The notes beneath the pieces are model-generated. The model had not been told where the DNA came from, ran no database searches, and saw only the letters and a program-made list of their open reading frames with translations. A program made the translations under genes and the position numbers. A DNA stretch of 64,000 bases from an uncultured virus (IMG/VR IMGVR_UViG_3300020147_000003) (Duplodnaviria > Heunggongvirae > Uroviricota > Caudoviricetes), in the IMG/VR virus record IMGVR_UViG_3300020147_000003; one strand, 5' to 3'. The first letter of the stretch is position 1. The number at the start of each line of letters is the position of its first letter. Shown here one piece after another: positions 19,136 to 27,886 of this stretch.

Positions 19136-20271
19136 TTCAGGTTTTTTGCTTTTGCCAGGGCTTCAAAAAGCATCTTTTCACCGCCCCTTACGTCGTTCGA
19201 TAAAATCATCTTTAGGCTCATATTTTCGTTCAAAAGCTCCTGCCGGTACCATTCGAGGTTTAGAAGGTGTTCCCGGTCCTTTTGTGAAAACCGGTACTTT
19301 TCTTCCACTTTTGCCAGCTTTCCGCCTTTCGTAATGATATAGTCCACTGTTGAGGCCCACTTTTCGCTTTCCGAGCCTATCAATTCCCTATTGTCCACGG
19401 TTGCTTCAATTGGTTCTATTCCATCCAGGTCTGGAGTTTCGGCAGGCTGGGCTACGATCTGGCCAGGTTCATCTTCCTCGATTACATCGGCTTCTTCGAA
19501 ATCAATATCCTCCTTGGTGCCGCTCCCAGCCGAAATAGAAAGCGGCTGGCCACTATGACCGGCCTGTAACTTCGCAGGTGTAATCAACCCCCGGACACCA
19601 TCCCCCAGGGCCGCTACCGTTTCCACCATTTCAGGGCTGAGGTCGCAAACCAAGTTGACTACCGGGTATTGCCGGTTAGCATTGGCCCGGTTGCTCTTAT
19701 GCTTTTCCACGGTGAGCCAGAATGGTATTCCCTTCACCCTGCCGGCGCTTTCCAGCACCGTATCAAAGGCGGCAATAATTTGCCCGATGGAAGTGTCCTT
19801 GCCTTTTGTCGTAAATTCCCACAAACCAAGCTCCGGGTATTGCAGCACCATGAAACGGAGCGTCAGGGTTTCGCTCCATTCCGTCTTGGTCTGTTTTGCT
19901 AATTCAGCCATGTATTTTTCGCCCTGCTGAACGGTCAATTCCGGCTTTTGCAGAAAGCCCTCTTTGTGGCTTTCCCAGAAGTTCACCCCGTCACCGTAGG
20001 CAACCAGCTTCCCCGCGCTGTCCCGGATTTCATAGCGTTGGATGCAAACTTGGTCCGGGTCGTCGCAGTGAAAGGTGACGGGTATTTTGGTTGGCTTTTC
20101 CCCGAACATTTCGTCCATCCTTTTAACCCTCATGGCCTCGTTTGATTTAAACCGGAAATAGTCGAGGCTTACGGGGTATTCTTTCCCGTTTTGGTTGGTA
20201 GCCTTGTCGCCAACCTTAACCTTACCGAGTATTCCCAAGACGGGTGCCGTGTTCCTGTTTTTTATTCTCAT
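19132..20271 (-). CDS. Recombination-module protein (Gp3/RDF-like family candidate)
   Basis: GKVKVG...YP.SLDYFRF, L.F.....LGLWEF.TKG, GIPF.L.V; located beside an exonuclease. Confidence 0.6.
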   Translation of the reverse strand: MRIKNRNTAPVLGILGKVKVGDKATNQNGKEYPVSLDYFRFKSNEAMRVKRMDEMFGEKPTKIPVTFHCDDPDQVCIQRYEIRDSAGKLVAYGDGVNFWESHKEGFLQKPELTVQQGEKYMAELAKQTKTEWSETLTLRFMVLQYPELGLWEFTTKGKDTSIGQIIAAFDTVLESAGRVKGIPFWLTVEKHKSNRANANRQYPVVNLVCDLSPEMVETVAALGDGVRGLITPAKLQAGHSGQPLSISAGSGTKEDIDFEEADVIEEDEPGQIVAQPAETPDLDGIEPIEATVDNRELIGSESEKWASTVDYIITKGGKLAKVEEKYRFSQKDREHLLNLEWYRQELLNENMSLKMILSNDVRGGEKMLFEALAKAKNLK

Positions 20272-20528
20272 GGTTGGGTGGTTTGATTTGAGGATTCTTC
20301 AAGGGCTTTTATTAAGGCATCGGCGCAACGAACAGCATCTTTTGCAACCTTATTTGTATCGATTTTCAGGCTGGAAGAAACATCTACTGCTTCTAGGTAA
20401 GCGTTTGCTAAAATTGTCTGCATTGCCTTTGCCGCGAAATATTCCCGTTTGGTCAGGCCGTTGTAGTCCGACCTTGACGGTGGACGGCCGGATGGAATTG
20501 GAAATGCTGGGTATTCGTGATTTTCCAT
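20268..20528 (-). CDS. Conserved small phage protein
   Basis: PAFP...GLTKREYFAAKAMQ...A...ADAL motif. Confidence 0.8.
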   Translation of the reverse strand: MENHEYPAFPIPSGRPPSRSDYNGLTKREYFAAKAMQTILANAYLEAVDVSSSLKIDTNKVAKDAVRCADALIKALEESSNQTTQP

Positions 20529-20530
20529 GA

Positions 20531-21475
20531 TTAAATTTTGACTTGGATTATGTGTTCCTCCGGGTTAAAGGTGTCCAGGTCGAACCCGCCCCGAAGGTCG
20601 TAATGCGAAACAGGCGGGTTTACCATTCCCCGGCCTTTCGCCTGGGATAGCAGGGAATGGATGTAGTTCTTTATCGGCTCGGTTTCGCCGGATAAAACCG
20701 CATCGGTTTGGTTTTCTAATTTGTACTTGGATTTTGCCTTTATGGCGTTCGCTGCCGGGGCAAGATTAAAGCAGTGGGTTACAGGGAACACGTTCCCGAA
20801 CAGGTCGTTCCATATTTTCATATAGCCGTGAAGCTGGGCCTTGTGATTATCCCAAAACCCCTTTCGGCCGGATTTCAGGTCAAGAATGGCGTTTATCCGC
20901 TTGCCGTCAAAGTCCAGGCGGATAACCCGGTCGATGCAACCACCTAGACCGTATTCGTCGGAACAAATAGGAAACTCTGCGGCGATGGTTTCAACGTTCC
21001 TTTCCTTGCGGAAAACCAGGTAAGAAAATATGTCGTTGGTGATTTCCGCCTCCCATTCCAGAGCCTCCGATTTATAGCCGCTCGCTATGGCAGTTTCAAA
21101 GGCTCTTTTTTTAATCTCCGTCCAGTCGCCTTTCATTTCCCGCTCTAGCTCTGTCGAAAGAATGTGTAGGGTTGTTCCGTATTCTGCGCGCATATCCCGC
21201 AGATAAGCAGCCCCTTCTTCGCCATGTTTCATCATCCACTGAATCAGGAAGGGGGATGTGGGTAGTATCTTATGGACAAAGGAAGTCATCGAAAGGTAGC
21301 CGATAGGCTGGCCATTTACATAGCGGAAATAATATCGGTCATCAGCCTTGTCATACCTGAATAGCCGGTAAGGTGCCGCAATGCTTTTCAGGTTGAGTAT
21401 GTCCGGCACCACTTCGCTTATGAAATCCTTATCAATAAGGTCGGGAGGAAGTGTGTCATTTTTGTCGATTCGCAT
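20531..21475 (-). CDS. PD-(D/E)XK (Cas4/RecB-like) exonuclease
   Basis: GT.LH, E, GG.ID, ILDLKSG, QL..Y motifs; start at MRIDK, defined by the start-associated motif. Confidence 0.8.
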   Translation of the reverse strand: MRIDKNDTLPPDLIDKDFISEVVPDILNLKSIAAPYRLFRYDKADDRYYFRYVNGQPIGYLSMTSFVHKILPTSPFLIQWMMKHGEEGAAYLRDMRAEYGTTLHILSTELEREMKGDWTEIKKRAFETAIASGYKSEALEWEAEITNDIFSYLVFRKERNVETIAAEFPICSDEYGLGGCIDRVIRLDFDGKRINAILDLKSGRKGFWDNHKAQLHGYMKIWNDLFGNVFPVTHCFNLAPAANAIKAKSKYKLENQTDAVLSGETEPIKNYIHSLLSQAKGRGMVNPPVSHYDLRGGFDLDTFNPEEHIIQVKI

Positions 21476-21576
21476 TTGTACCGTGTTCTTAGTTGAGAAA
21501 AAAACACCCCGCAACCTTTGCGTTACAGTCACGGGGGTTCATCATGTTATGAGAAAAATCTAACAAAAAAGTTTCG

Positions 21577-21692
21577 CAGGAGCGGCAGGATTCGAACCTG
21601 CATTCAACTACGATATTGACTTACGGAACATTTCAGGCTCGTATTTCCCGATTTACATTTCCGTAGGCATCTACCAATTTCGCCACGCTCCT
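21577..21692 (-). ncRNA. tRNA-like RNA with an elongated, non-canonical anticodon arm
   Basis: 7-bp acceptor AGGAGCG/CGCTCCT, D arm TGGCGAAATTGGTAGATGC, T arm GCAGG-TTCGAAT-CCTGC, long variable arm; 116 nt. Confidence 0.7.
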
Positions 21693-21752
21693 AAAAAACC
21701 ACCCCTACTTCCTCGTTAGGTTTCGGGGCAGCCCACACACTATGAGAACACC

Positions 21753-22469
21753 CTATTCTTTAATGACAGTGATACCCGCAGTTTTGAAAACGGGTATTTG
21801 GGCATTTATTAGCTCCGATATACGATCTTCCAATTTCTCTTCCGCACTTATGCTTTGCAGAAAGGCGCGCACAACACCTTCCTTTTCTTCGACGCATATT
21901 TCAACATCAAAATCAATTGCCTTATCACCTTCGATGATCGGCATTTTCAGCGTAAAAAAATCGGGTATATCAATGGTCACTTTTTTGTCCTGCAACTGTC
22001 GAAGGTTGCCCCTGTCGTCGGATGTTTTTTCAATTTCCCTAGTGACGTTTGCCTTAAAGGCTTTCAACTTCGAAACAATGTCCATCGCAAGGGCTTGGTT
22101 AATAAAAAATCGACGGTTGAATTTGATATGGTTTGCGAGTTCCGTTAAATCCCATCTGTAATTGGAATTAATTCGGAAGGATTCAAATTTTTGATGGAGG
22201 GTTATTTTGCCAACAACGGTGCTTTTTCGCCTACCATTTTCCTGGTCGTTATTAAGCACAAGCGTTATCTTTTTTTCCTTCAGGCTTACAACTGCATGCG
22301 CTTTTATGGCGTCAATGTCCTTTTCCTTGGAGGAAACCCAGGCGGCAGGGGCATCAATGTCACCCGAAATTGAAAAATCCCGGAGCTCGACATTGGAGGG
22401 GGCCTCACCTGTCCTGAAAACAAATTCTTTCCCTGGAATATCTTTTAATGTTAAATGAGTATTTTCCAT
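21753..22469 (-). CDS. Conserved Bacteroidota phage hypothetical protein
   Basis: Long clean ORF; L...IK.NR.FF and F.L..PI..G patterns. Confidence 0.75.
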   Translation of the reverse strand: MENTHLTLKDIPGKEFVFRTGEAPSNVELRDFSISGDIDAPAAWVSSKEKDIDAIKAHAVVSLKEKKITLVLNNDQENGRRKSTVVGKITLHQKFESFRINSNYRWDLTELANHIKFNRRFFINQALAMDIVSKLKAFKANVTREIEKTSDDRGNLRQLQDKKVTIDIPDFFTLKMPIIEGDKAIDFDVEICVEEKEGVVRAFLQSISAEEKLEDRISELINAQIPVFKTAGITVIKE

Positions 22470-22520
22470 TTTATGGCTATTTAATTGGTGAATGAAATTT
22501 AATGAATTGGTGCGGATTAA

Positions 22521-22961
22521 TTAGCCGGTTTTCCTTATTTCCTGGTAGATGGAACCTTGCCGCTTTATGTTTGGGTATTCCCGGATTACTGTAGCTTCCT
22601 CTGTAAGTTCGTAGGTGCGACCACTTTCATCATCATTGAATAAATAAATTTTCCCGTGTCGCTCTTCCCGTCCTTCTTTTATGTTCTTGACCGTGTAATT
22701 TTTTGCGGTTTTTATCTCCTTAATCCGCCTGTCAATAGGCTCCAGCAACCTTTTTCTTTCCTCCTGCAACCCAAGCAATTCAATATCATTTTGGGTATTG
22801 GAATTTTTGAGGTCTTCCATTTCCTCAGGGGTGAAGTCATGGAAATAAGACCCTGTCTTGATTTCGTCCGCATTTGCTTCCAAACGGTGTAGACGCTCTA
22901 CAGGCGGCAACAATTTTAAGTGGTCAAATAGGTTTTCCATTATAGTAATTTTTAACACCAA
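22521..22961 (-). CDS. Hypothetical coiled-coil protein
   Basis: ORF (likely start MENLF); L..NAD....Y...F..EE pattern. Confidence 0.7.
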   Translation of the reverse strand: MVLKITIMENLFDHLKLLPPVERLHRLEANADEIKTGSYFHDFTPEEMEDLKNSNTQNDIELLGLQEERKRLLEPIDRRIKEIKTAKNYTVKNIKEGREERHGKIYLFNDDESGRTYELTEEATVIREYPNIKRQGSIYQEIRKTG

Positions 22962-22991
22962 CTAAATCTTTATTTAGCGCTGGTGCATGTT

Positions 22992-23028
22992 AAAAAAGCT
23001 ACCCCTTTTCCTTAGGTCCAGGGGTAGC
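22992..23028 (-). terminator. Intrinsic terminator
   Basis: GCTACCCC/GGGGTAGC stem plus T6 on the minus strand. Confidence 0.6.
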
Positions 23029-23042
23029 AAAGTATTGTAATC

Positions 23043-23387
23043 CTATGCCGCAGCCGTCCACCCAAATAGGTTTTCAGCCCTGAAGGAACGGACAGCATTT
23101 TTCGTAAGGTCAAAAAAGGGAATCTGGAGGGGGTTTAAATGCCGCCCGGTACCTTTTGAGGTGAATCTGCCTTCCAAGCCGGTGGCGTGGCGCTGTTCTG
23201 GAATTTCTTCACCAACCTTACGAAACCTGATAATGGCTTCGCCACCATTTTTCAAATGAGCTTCGAGGCGGGAAATTTGCCATCCCATGCGAAGAGCAGT
23301 GGAGCGGTCGAAATTTGATTTGAGATAAAGGGAATTAGCCAAGACGAAAGCCCGGCTGCGGATTTGTTTTGTGGATTGCGTTCTCAT
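23043..23387 (-). CDS. WYL_2/SH3-like beta-barrel protein
   Basis: F.K..E...R.ATG and FFDL.K...RSFR..NL; has its own promoter. Confidence 0.7.
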   Translation of the reverse strand: MRTQSTKQIRSRAFVLANSLYLKSNFDRSTALRMGWQISRLEAHLKNGGEAIIRFRKVGEEIPEQRHATGLEGRFTSKGTGRHLNPLQIPFFDLTKNAVRSFRAENLFGWTAAA

Positions 23388-23421
23388 TTTTGTACCGTGT
23401 TTTTAGTTTGAAAATGTTAGG

Positions 23422-23470
23422 CAAATTTAAAGGTTTACAATATCATTTCAAATATTTTTTAAACTTTTTT
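23422..23470 (-). promoter_or_regulatory. Bacteroidota-type promoter
   Basis: TAAATTTG at 23422-23429, TTTG -33 box and AAAAAGTTTAAAAAA element. Confidence 0.7.
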
Positions 23471-23647
23471 TATACTTTTTTTCTTTGGACTGAAAAAAAC
23501 CGTTCCTGCCATTCCTGGACGGTCTTTTTAAGCAGCCGGTTATTATTCCGCTGCTTTTGGCACAAATCACGATAGAGCGTGTACCGGTGAAATTCATCTC
23601 CGAACTTGAGCATATTGCTTGTTGGATTCATGACATTTACTTTTAAG

Positions 23648-24169
23648 TTAAAAGCATTTCCATTCACAAAACACCCGCACCGCTTCCCATAAGTCATAAG
23701 CCACGGCGGTTGATTTTCCCATTTTGCTTTGAATTTCCAAAAAGGCCAGCTGGTCCTTGGTAGGCTTATTGGGTTTCCTTTTTAGTTCCAACCATAAATC
23801 AGGAAGGCCAGGTGCCTGTATAAGTAGGTCGCTTGCCCCAGCCCGGACGCCCATCAGCTTTTTCTTTGCCTGCCCTAGCCGGGTTTCTTTCCCCTCGTTT
23901 TTCGGGTGCAAAACTTCCACGTCCGGGTGATAAACCTTAAGCCAGGCGCAAAAAGCTATCTGGAGAAGATCCTCCGGACCGAAATACTTTGCCCCGATTT
24001 TATAGAATTTGTTGCTGCCGGCAAATACGGGGGCCACTTTCGGGTATTGCTGAATAAAGGCGGTTATTTCCAGCCGCATTGCCCTAGTAGCTTCTGAAAA
24101 GCAAGGGAGAAGGCGGGGTTTTATCGGTTTGGATTCGGGAGTTTTTCCGAAGGGAATTTTCGTTTTCAT
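23648..24169 (-). CDS. VRR-NUC domain nuclease / resolvase
   Basis: E..LQ, H..NEG, MGV.AG.SDL, WLELK, Q..F. Confidence 0.85.
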   Translation of the reverse strand: MKTKIPFGKTPESKPIKPRLLPCFSEATRAMRLEITAFIQQYPKVAPVFAGSNKFYKIGAKYFGPEDLLQIAFCAWLKVYHPDVEVLHPKNEGKETRLGQAKKKLMGVRAGASDLLIQAPGLPDLWLELKRKPNKPTKDQLAFLEIQSKMGKSTAVAYDLWEAVRVFCEWKCF

Positions 24170-24186
24170 TGTACCGTGTTTTCGAA

Positions 24187-25572
24187 TTAAAGATTAGCCT
24201 CAACCTCATTTATCACCCTAAAGATTTCGGCTGGTATTTGGTGGACGATTCCGTTTCCGATTGCTTTTAACCTTTCCCTTCTGATACTGATAGCAGTCTT
24301 TTTGATGGCCCTTTCGATTTGGGCTTTGGTAAGTTCCGGACGCATTGTTGCAATGTCTCTTCGTAGGTCGGCAAGGTATGGTTCAAGGGTATGCCCATCA
24401 TCCACTCGGCAAAATTCGGCTGCAACTTCCATCCAGTGTTGTTGCCAGTATTGACCAATTCCAGAAGATTCGGAACCGAATCTTCTGGAGTATGTTTGCC
24501 CCGCTGGGTGATTCCCTTCCAATCCCGTGAGCGTGGAGTAGGCAGCACGGCCAAGGTGGTCTGGAGATCCAGACCACCTTGGCCGTGCTGACCCGGACCG
24601 TTCGCGTTGGAGGCTTTCGGTGTTGGGAGTAGCGAAAGAATTTGAGTTAATTGAAGGCCGTAAGTCTCCCCCTTTTTGCTCTTGTTGGTTATTTTCCCAT
24701 TCTCTACAGTTGGCCGTCTCGCTGCACTCCGTCCATCCAATGCTCCCGCCATTAAGGTTGGAATTAAGGACATCTTTGAAATTGCCTCCAGTTGCGCCGA
24801 CAGGCTTCCGTAGCAACTCTCCGTCCTGTCGCCCATCCGTTTCAAAAAGGTTTCCTGTTTCTCGTTCGTCTCGTTGGCCCTGGGTGTTTGCAGCAAAACA
24901 GTCTGCAAGCCGTCCCCGCTTGTCTTCGATAGTCCCTTTCGGTTGTTGTTTCCTGTCACCGTCACGGTAGGCAACAATCCACGCCCTGTCCCTTCGGTGG
25001 GGCGCACCGATGGCGCAAGCTGGAATACACAAAACGATTGGCGTTCCATCCGCAAGTTTTGGTAAAACATATCCTGCTTGTTGGAGGTCTTCGATGATAA
25101 GTCCAAGCACCCTTCGCTGGATTCTTTCGACAGTTCGGCTTGCTCCGTAGAAGTTGTCTTCACAAAAAAGCTGAACCTCTTGTGTTTCCATCTCAGAAAC
25201 AGTTTCGGGTGAAAGGAGGGAAAAGAGGCCAGCAACGTTTTCAAGAATAACCCACCGGGGCCGGATTTCTCGGATGATGCGGCCAACTTCAGGGTAGAGG
25301 TAGCGGTCATCTTCAACGCCGCCACGTCTTCCGGCGTTAGATATTGGCTGGCAGGGAAATCCGGCGCTAAGGGCAAAGATTTGGTCACAGTAGGGGCGTC
25401 CATCGAAAGTTCTGACATCGGAATGAATATTTGAGTTTGGAATTACTTTTCGAATAATGGATTGGCAAAAGGGGTCTATCTCTACTTGTGCAACGTTCTC
25501 CCATCCGGCTTCGGCGGCGGCGAGGTCAAAAAGGGCAAGGCCCGTGCAAAGGGAGATGTGATTTCGTTGCAT
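24187..25572 (-). CDS. C5 DNA cytosine methyltransferase, main polypeptide
   Basis: Degenerate motif I (SLCTGLALFD), GFPCQP.S.AG (IV), ENV (VI), PHRRDR.WIV (VIII), RLKAIGNGIV (X). Confidence 0.9.
   Translation of the reverse strand: MQRNHISLCTGLALFDLAAAEAGWENVAQVEIDPFCQSIIRKVIPNSNIHSDVRTFDGRPYCDQIFALSAGFPCQPISNAGRRGGVEDDRYLYPEVGRIIREIRPRWVILENVAGLFSLLSPETVSEMETQEVQLFCEDNFYGASRTVERIQRRVLGLIIEDLQQAGYVLPKLADGTPIVLCIPACAIGAPHRRDRAWIVAYRDGDRKQQPKGTIEDKRGRLADCFAANTQGQRDERETGNLFETDGRQDGELLRKPVGATGGNFKDVLNSNLNGGSIGWTECSETANCREWENNQQEQKGGDLRPSINSNSFATPNTESLQRERSGSARPRWSGSPDHLGRAAYSTLTGLEGNHPAGQTYSRRFGSESSGIGQYWQQHWMEVAAEFCRVDDGHTLEPYLADLRRDIATMRPELTKAQIERAIKKTAISIRRERLKAIGNGIVHQIPAEIFRVINEVEANL
24267..25418 (-). 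CDS. Alternative-frame MTase partner polypeptide (TRD-like repeats plus motif IX); true start probably further downstream
   Basis: Open for 383 codons inside the MTase gene; five L[L/I][P/Q]T repeats and LQPNFAEWMMGIP..HT. Confidence 0.7.
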   Translation of the reverse strand: MSELSMDAPTVTKSLPLAPDFPASQYLTPEDVAALKMTATSTLKLAASSEKSGPGGLFLKTLLASFPSFHPKLFLRWKHKRFSFFVKTTSTEQAELSKESSEGCLDLSSKTSNKQDMFYQNLRMERQSFCVFQLAPSVRPTEGTGRGLLPTVTVTGNNNRKGLSKTSGDGLQTVLLQTPRANETNEKQETFLKRMGDRTESCYGSLSAQLEAISKMSLIPTLMAGALDGRSAARRPTVENGKITNKSKKGETYGLQLTQILSLLPTPKASNANGPGQHGQGGLDLQTTLAVLPTPRSRDWKGITQRGKHTPEDSVPNLLELVNTGNNTGWKLQPNFAEWMMGIPLNHTLPTYEETLQQCVRNLPKPKSKGPSKRLLSVSEGKG

Positions 25573-25608
25573 TTGTACCGTGTTTTTTAACTTGATTTCT
25601 AGTTCACG

Positions 25609-25950
25609 CTATCGGTATAGCCACGCCTTGGCAACTTCAATCGGATATCCTCCCTTTACGCGGGAATAACCCATTTTCTTTGCCCATTTAATAAATGCCC
25701 TGTCGGTGTATGTTTCCCCGTTGCTTTTTTTCTGAAGTGTAACCCAGTAGGAAGCTGGTGCCACTTTCGGATGGCCTGCAAGCGGGTCTTTTTGTGAATC
25801 GAATACTGCCTGAATAGTGTTTTCAATCAGGGCCCGATCGCGCTTTTCCAGCCACTCGAAAAGGTTTTTGAACTCCTCCTCCGTTCCGATAATTTGGATT
25901 TTTGGAAGGGAGGAAGGGAATGGAATATCAAAGGTTTGTTCCTTGCCCAT
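25609..25950 (-). CDS. Small DNA-binding protein candidate
   Basis: ATG ORF with a wHTH/Xis-like C-terminus. Confidence 0.55.
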   Translation of the reverse strand: MGKEQTFDIPFPSSLPKIQIIGTEEEFKNLFEWLEKRDRALIENTIQAVFDSQKDPLAGHPKVAPASYWVTLQKKSNGETYTDRAFIKWAKKMGYSRVKGGYPIEVAKAWLYR

Positions 25951-25953
25951 GAC

Positions 25954-26853
25954 TTAATTTTTTTCTATTATTTTCTTTACCTGTTCAGGCAGTTCTTTTC
26001 CTGAATTTATTTCACACAAAAGTTGATTTGCCTTGTAAATTATCCAGCTTTCTTCCTCTGCCTCCCGATTGGAATCTTTAAGTTCCTGTAACCATAAACC
26101 CTGTAATCCCTTCCGGGTAACTTCATCGTTTTTTCCAATACTATCCAACCAAGCGGACAGGGTAGAGAATTTTGCAGGGCGTTGGCCCTCCCTTGGCTGA
26201 GTGGAAATTTTAGGTGTCATCGCCCTTTTCGTCCACTTTTCCAGTTTTTCACCAAACCATTCAGGCATTAAAACCCCTCCTTCTTTTCTGGTTCCACTTT
26301 GGGAAATTGCGATGGAATGCGCCGCCCTTTCTTCGCTGTATTGGTTTAGCCAATCCATTATCATTGCCACGTCCATCCTGTCATACATTTGTCCGTATTT
26401 CCCCATAATGGCATTTCGAAAACAAACCTTTAGGTCTGCAACTGTGAGCCAGTAGTATTCTGAAAAAATCAGGTCTACAGCCATTTCTATTTGCGCCTCT
26501 TTCAACCCTTTCCCTACATTGACGGCTGCGGCGGTGCTGATAATAAGGGCTTCAATTACAGCCTTCATCGTTTCTTCCCCTTTGTATTTTTTTACGGTCG
26601 ACAGTGTCGCAGTCGGCTTGGAAAAAACATCATCTATTGTTTTCCAGGAAGAACTTACTATTATTTCCTTCCGAGAAGCCTCCAGTGCCAGGAGTGCCTT
26701 TTCCGCTTCGAATTGACCATTTTCAACCAAGCCGGTCCAATTGTTTTTTTGGATTAGGTTTTTTAGGTCAGCTGAGTAGGCTGTTAATTCTTTCGAGGCG
26801 TTGAGTACTGATTTGGTGTCCGGATCTAGGCTTTTTATCGGCATTGTTCCCAT
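25954..26853 (-). CDS. Replication-associated protein downstream of the initiator (loader-like)
   Basis: Y..L...DL..CF.....GKYG..Y.R.D...I..W...Y pattern of Bacteroidota phage proteins that follow the initiator. Confidence 0.7.
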   Translation of the reverse strand: MGTMPIKSLDPDTKSVLNASKELTAYSADLKNLIQKNNWTGLVENGQFEAEKALLALEASRKEIIVSSSWKTIDDVFSKPTATLSTVKKYKGEETMKAVIEALIISTAAAVNVGKGLKEAQIEMAVDLIFSEYYWLTVADLKVCFRNAIMGKYGQMYDRMDVAMIMDWLNQYSEERAAHSIAISQSGTRKEGGVLMPEWFGEKLEKWTKRAMTPKISTQPREGQRPAKFSTLSAWLDSIGKNDEVTRKGLQGLWLQELKDSNREAEEESWIIYKANQLLCEINSGKELPEQVKKIIEKN

Positions 26854-27832
26854 GTTTGAAAAAGGTTTTTATGTCTGTGTAAAGGGTGTTGAAATTGGAG
26901 TAAAACCGAGTTGGTGTAAACTCGTCCATATAATACTTTTCCAGGCTGGCAGCAGCTTCAAGGAAAGCCGGCAGCGCGGTTTTAATAAAGTCTTCGTCAG
27001 TTGGATAAATATGGCCGGCATCCTCGGCCTTCTTTTTTAGGGCAGTAAGAAAATTGGAAAATTGCCTACATTCCTTCCCGGACCAATAGAGCGGCTCACC
27101 TTCAATCCCCTTGCGTTTTTTCATCCAGACCTTTCGGTGATTGTCGAAAATTTCAATCGCTATTTTGAATGAGCCATTCCACTTCCTTTCAGGTTCACTT
27201 TTCTTTTTTGGCGCAACTTTTTTCTTTTTTTGTTCTGGACCCTCAGCTAAGTTGTCGCTACTTGGGTTTTGTTGCTGGCCATCTAATTGTTCCTCAAAAT
27301 CCCGAACATTATCTTCATCCGTTAAGGGTCCGCCCATTGGCGGAATTTCCTTTGTTTCTTTAATACTTCTTTTTAATACTAATGTGGAGCGTTCACTTTT
27401 TGAACGCTTGCCGTTCACTTTTTGAACGATATCGTTCACTTTTTGAACGCTTGGAACACCGTTCACTTTTTGAACGACTGCCTTTTCCCGTTCCAGCTTC
27501 ACTACTTTTGCTCCCTCCTCGATTTCATTTTCCTCATCTAAATAGGCGTTTTCATACCAAATAGCTGTCGTTCTTTTTCTTGCTGGATTGTCTGGGTCAA
27601 CCTCCATTAAACCCGCCGTACAAGACCTTTCAACTATTTTATGAATGGCCCCTTTCGATAATTCCAGAAAGTCCGAAACTTCGCCGTAGCTGACTGTTGA
27701 CCATCCGTCATCCGTTCGGCTGGAAGGGTGACTTTGGGACTGATATATGATATCCAGAACAGCATATTCATTCAATGAAATACCAGCTTTCCGCCGAAAT
27801 GCATGGTGGATATTTGTGTATTTCCAGTTCAT
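26768..27832 (-). CDS. Replication initiator (lambda O-like organisation)
   Basis: N-terminal wHTH, central VQKVN repeats from DNA iterons, C-terminal P..F..NF..Y. Confidence 0.75.
   Translation of the reverse strand: MNWKYTNIHHAFRRKAGISLNEYAVLDIIYQSQSHPSSRTDDGWSTVSYGEVSDFLELSKGAIHKIVERSCTAGLMEVDPDNPARKRTTAIWYENAYLDEENEIEEGAKVVKLEREKAVVQKVNGVPSVQKVNDIVQKVNGKRSKSERSTLVLKRSIKETKEIPPMGGPLTDEDNVRDFEEQLDGQQQNPSSDNLAEGPEQKKKKVAPKKKSEPERKWNGSFKIAIEIFDNHRKVWMKKRKGIEGEPLYWSGKECRQFSNFLTALKKKAEDAGHIYPTDEDFIKTALPAFLEAAASLEKYYMDEFTPTRFYSNFNTLYTDIKTFFKHGNNADKKPRSGHQISTQRLERINSLLS
27390..27476. repeat. Four 17-bp palindromic iterons CGTTCACTTTTTGAACG (probable origin)
   Basis: Exact copies at 27390, 27412, 27433 and 27460, next to AT-rich sequence. 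Confidence 0.85.
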
Positions 27833-27886
27833 TATTGTACCGTGTTTTTATTGTCCTCGCCTCTACTCCTCAAGACAAGGGTATCG

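Noticed and set aside
20531..21475. Cas4 as part of a CRISPR system
   Set aside because: No array or other cas genes and no clear Fe-S cysteine set; it sits in the recombination module.
27390..27476. Regularly spaced palindromic repeats as a mini CRISPR array
   Set aside because: Spacers are only 4-10 nt, the repeats lie inside the initiator CDS, and there are no cas genes; iterons explain them.
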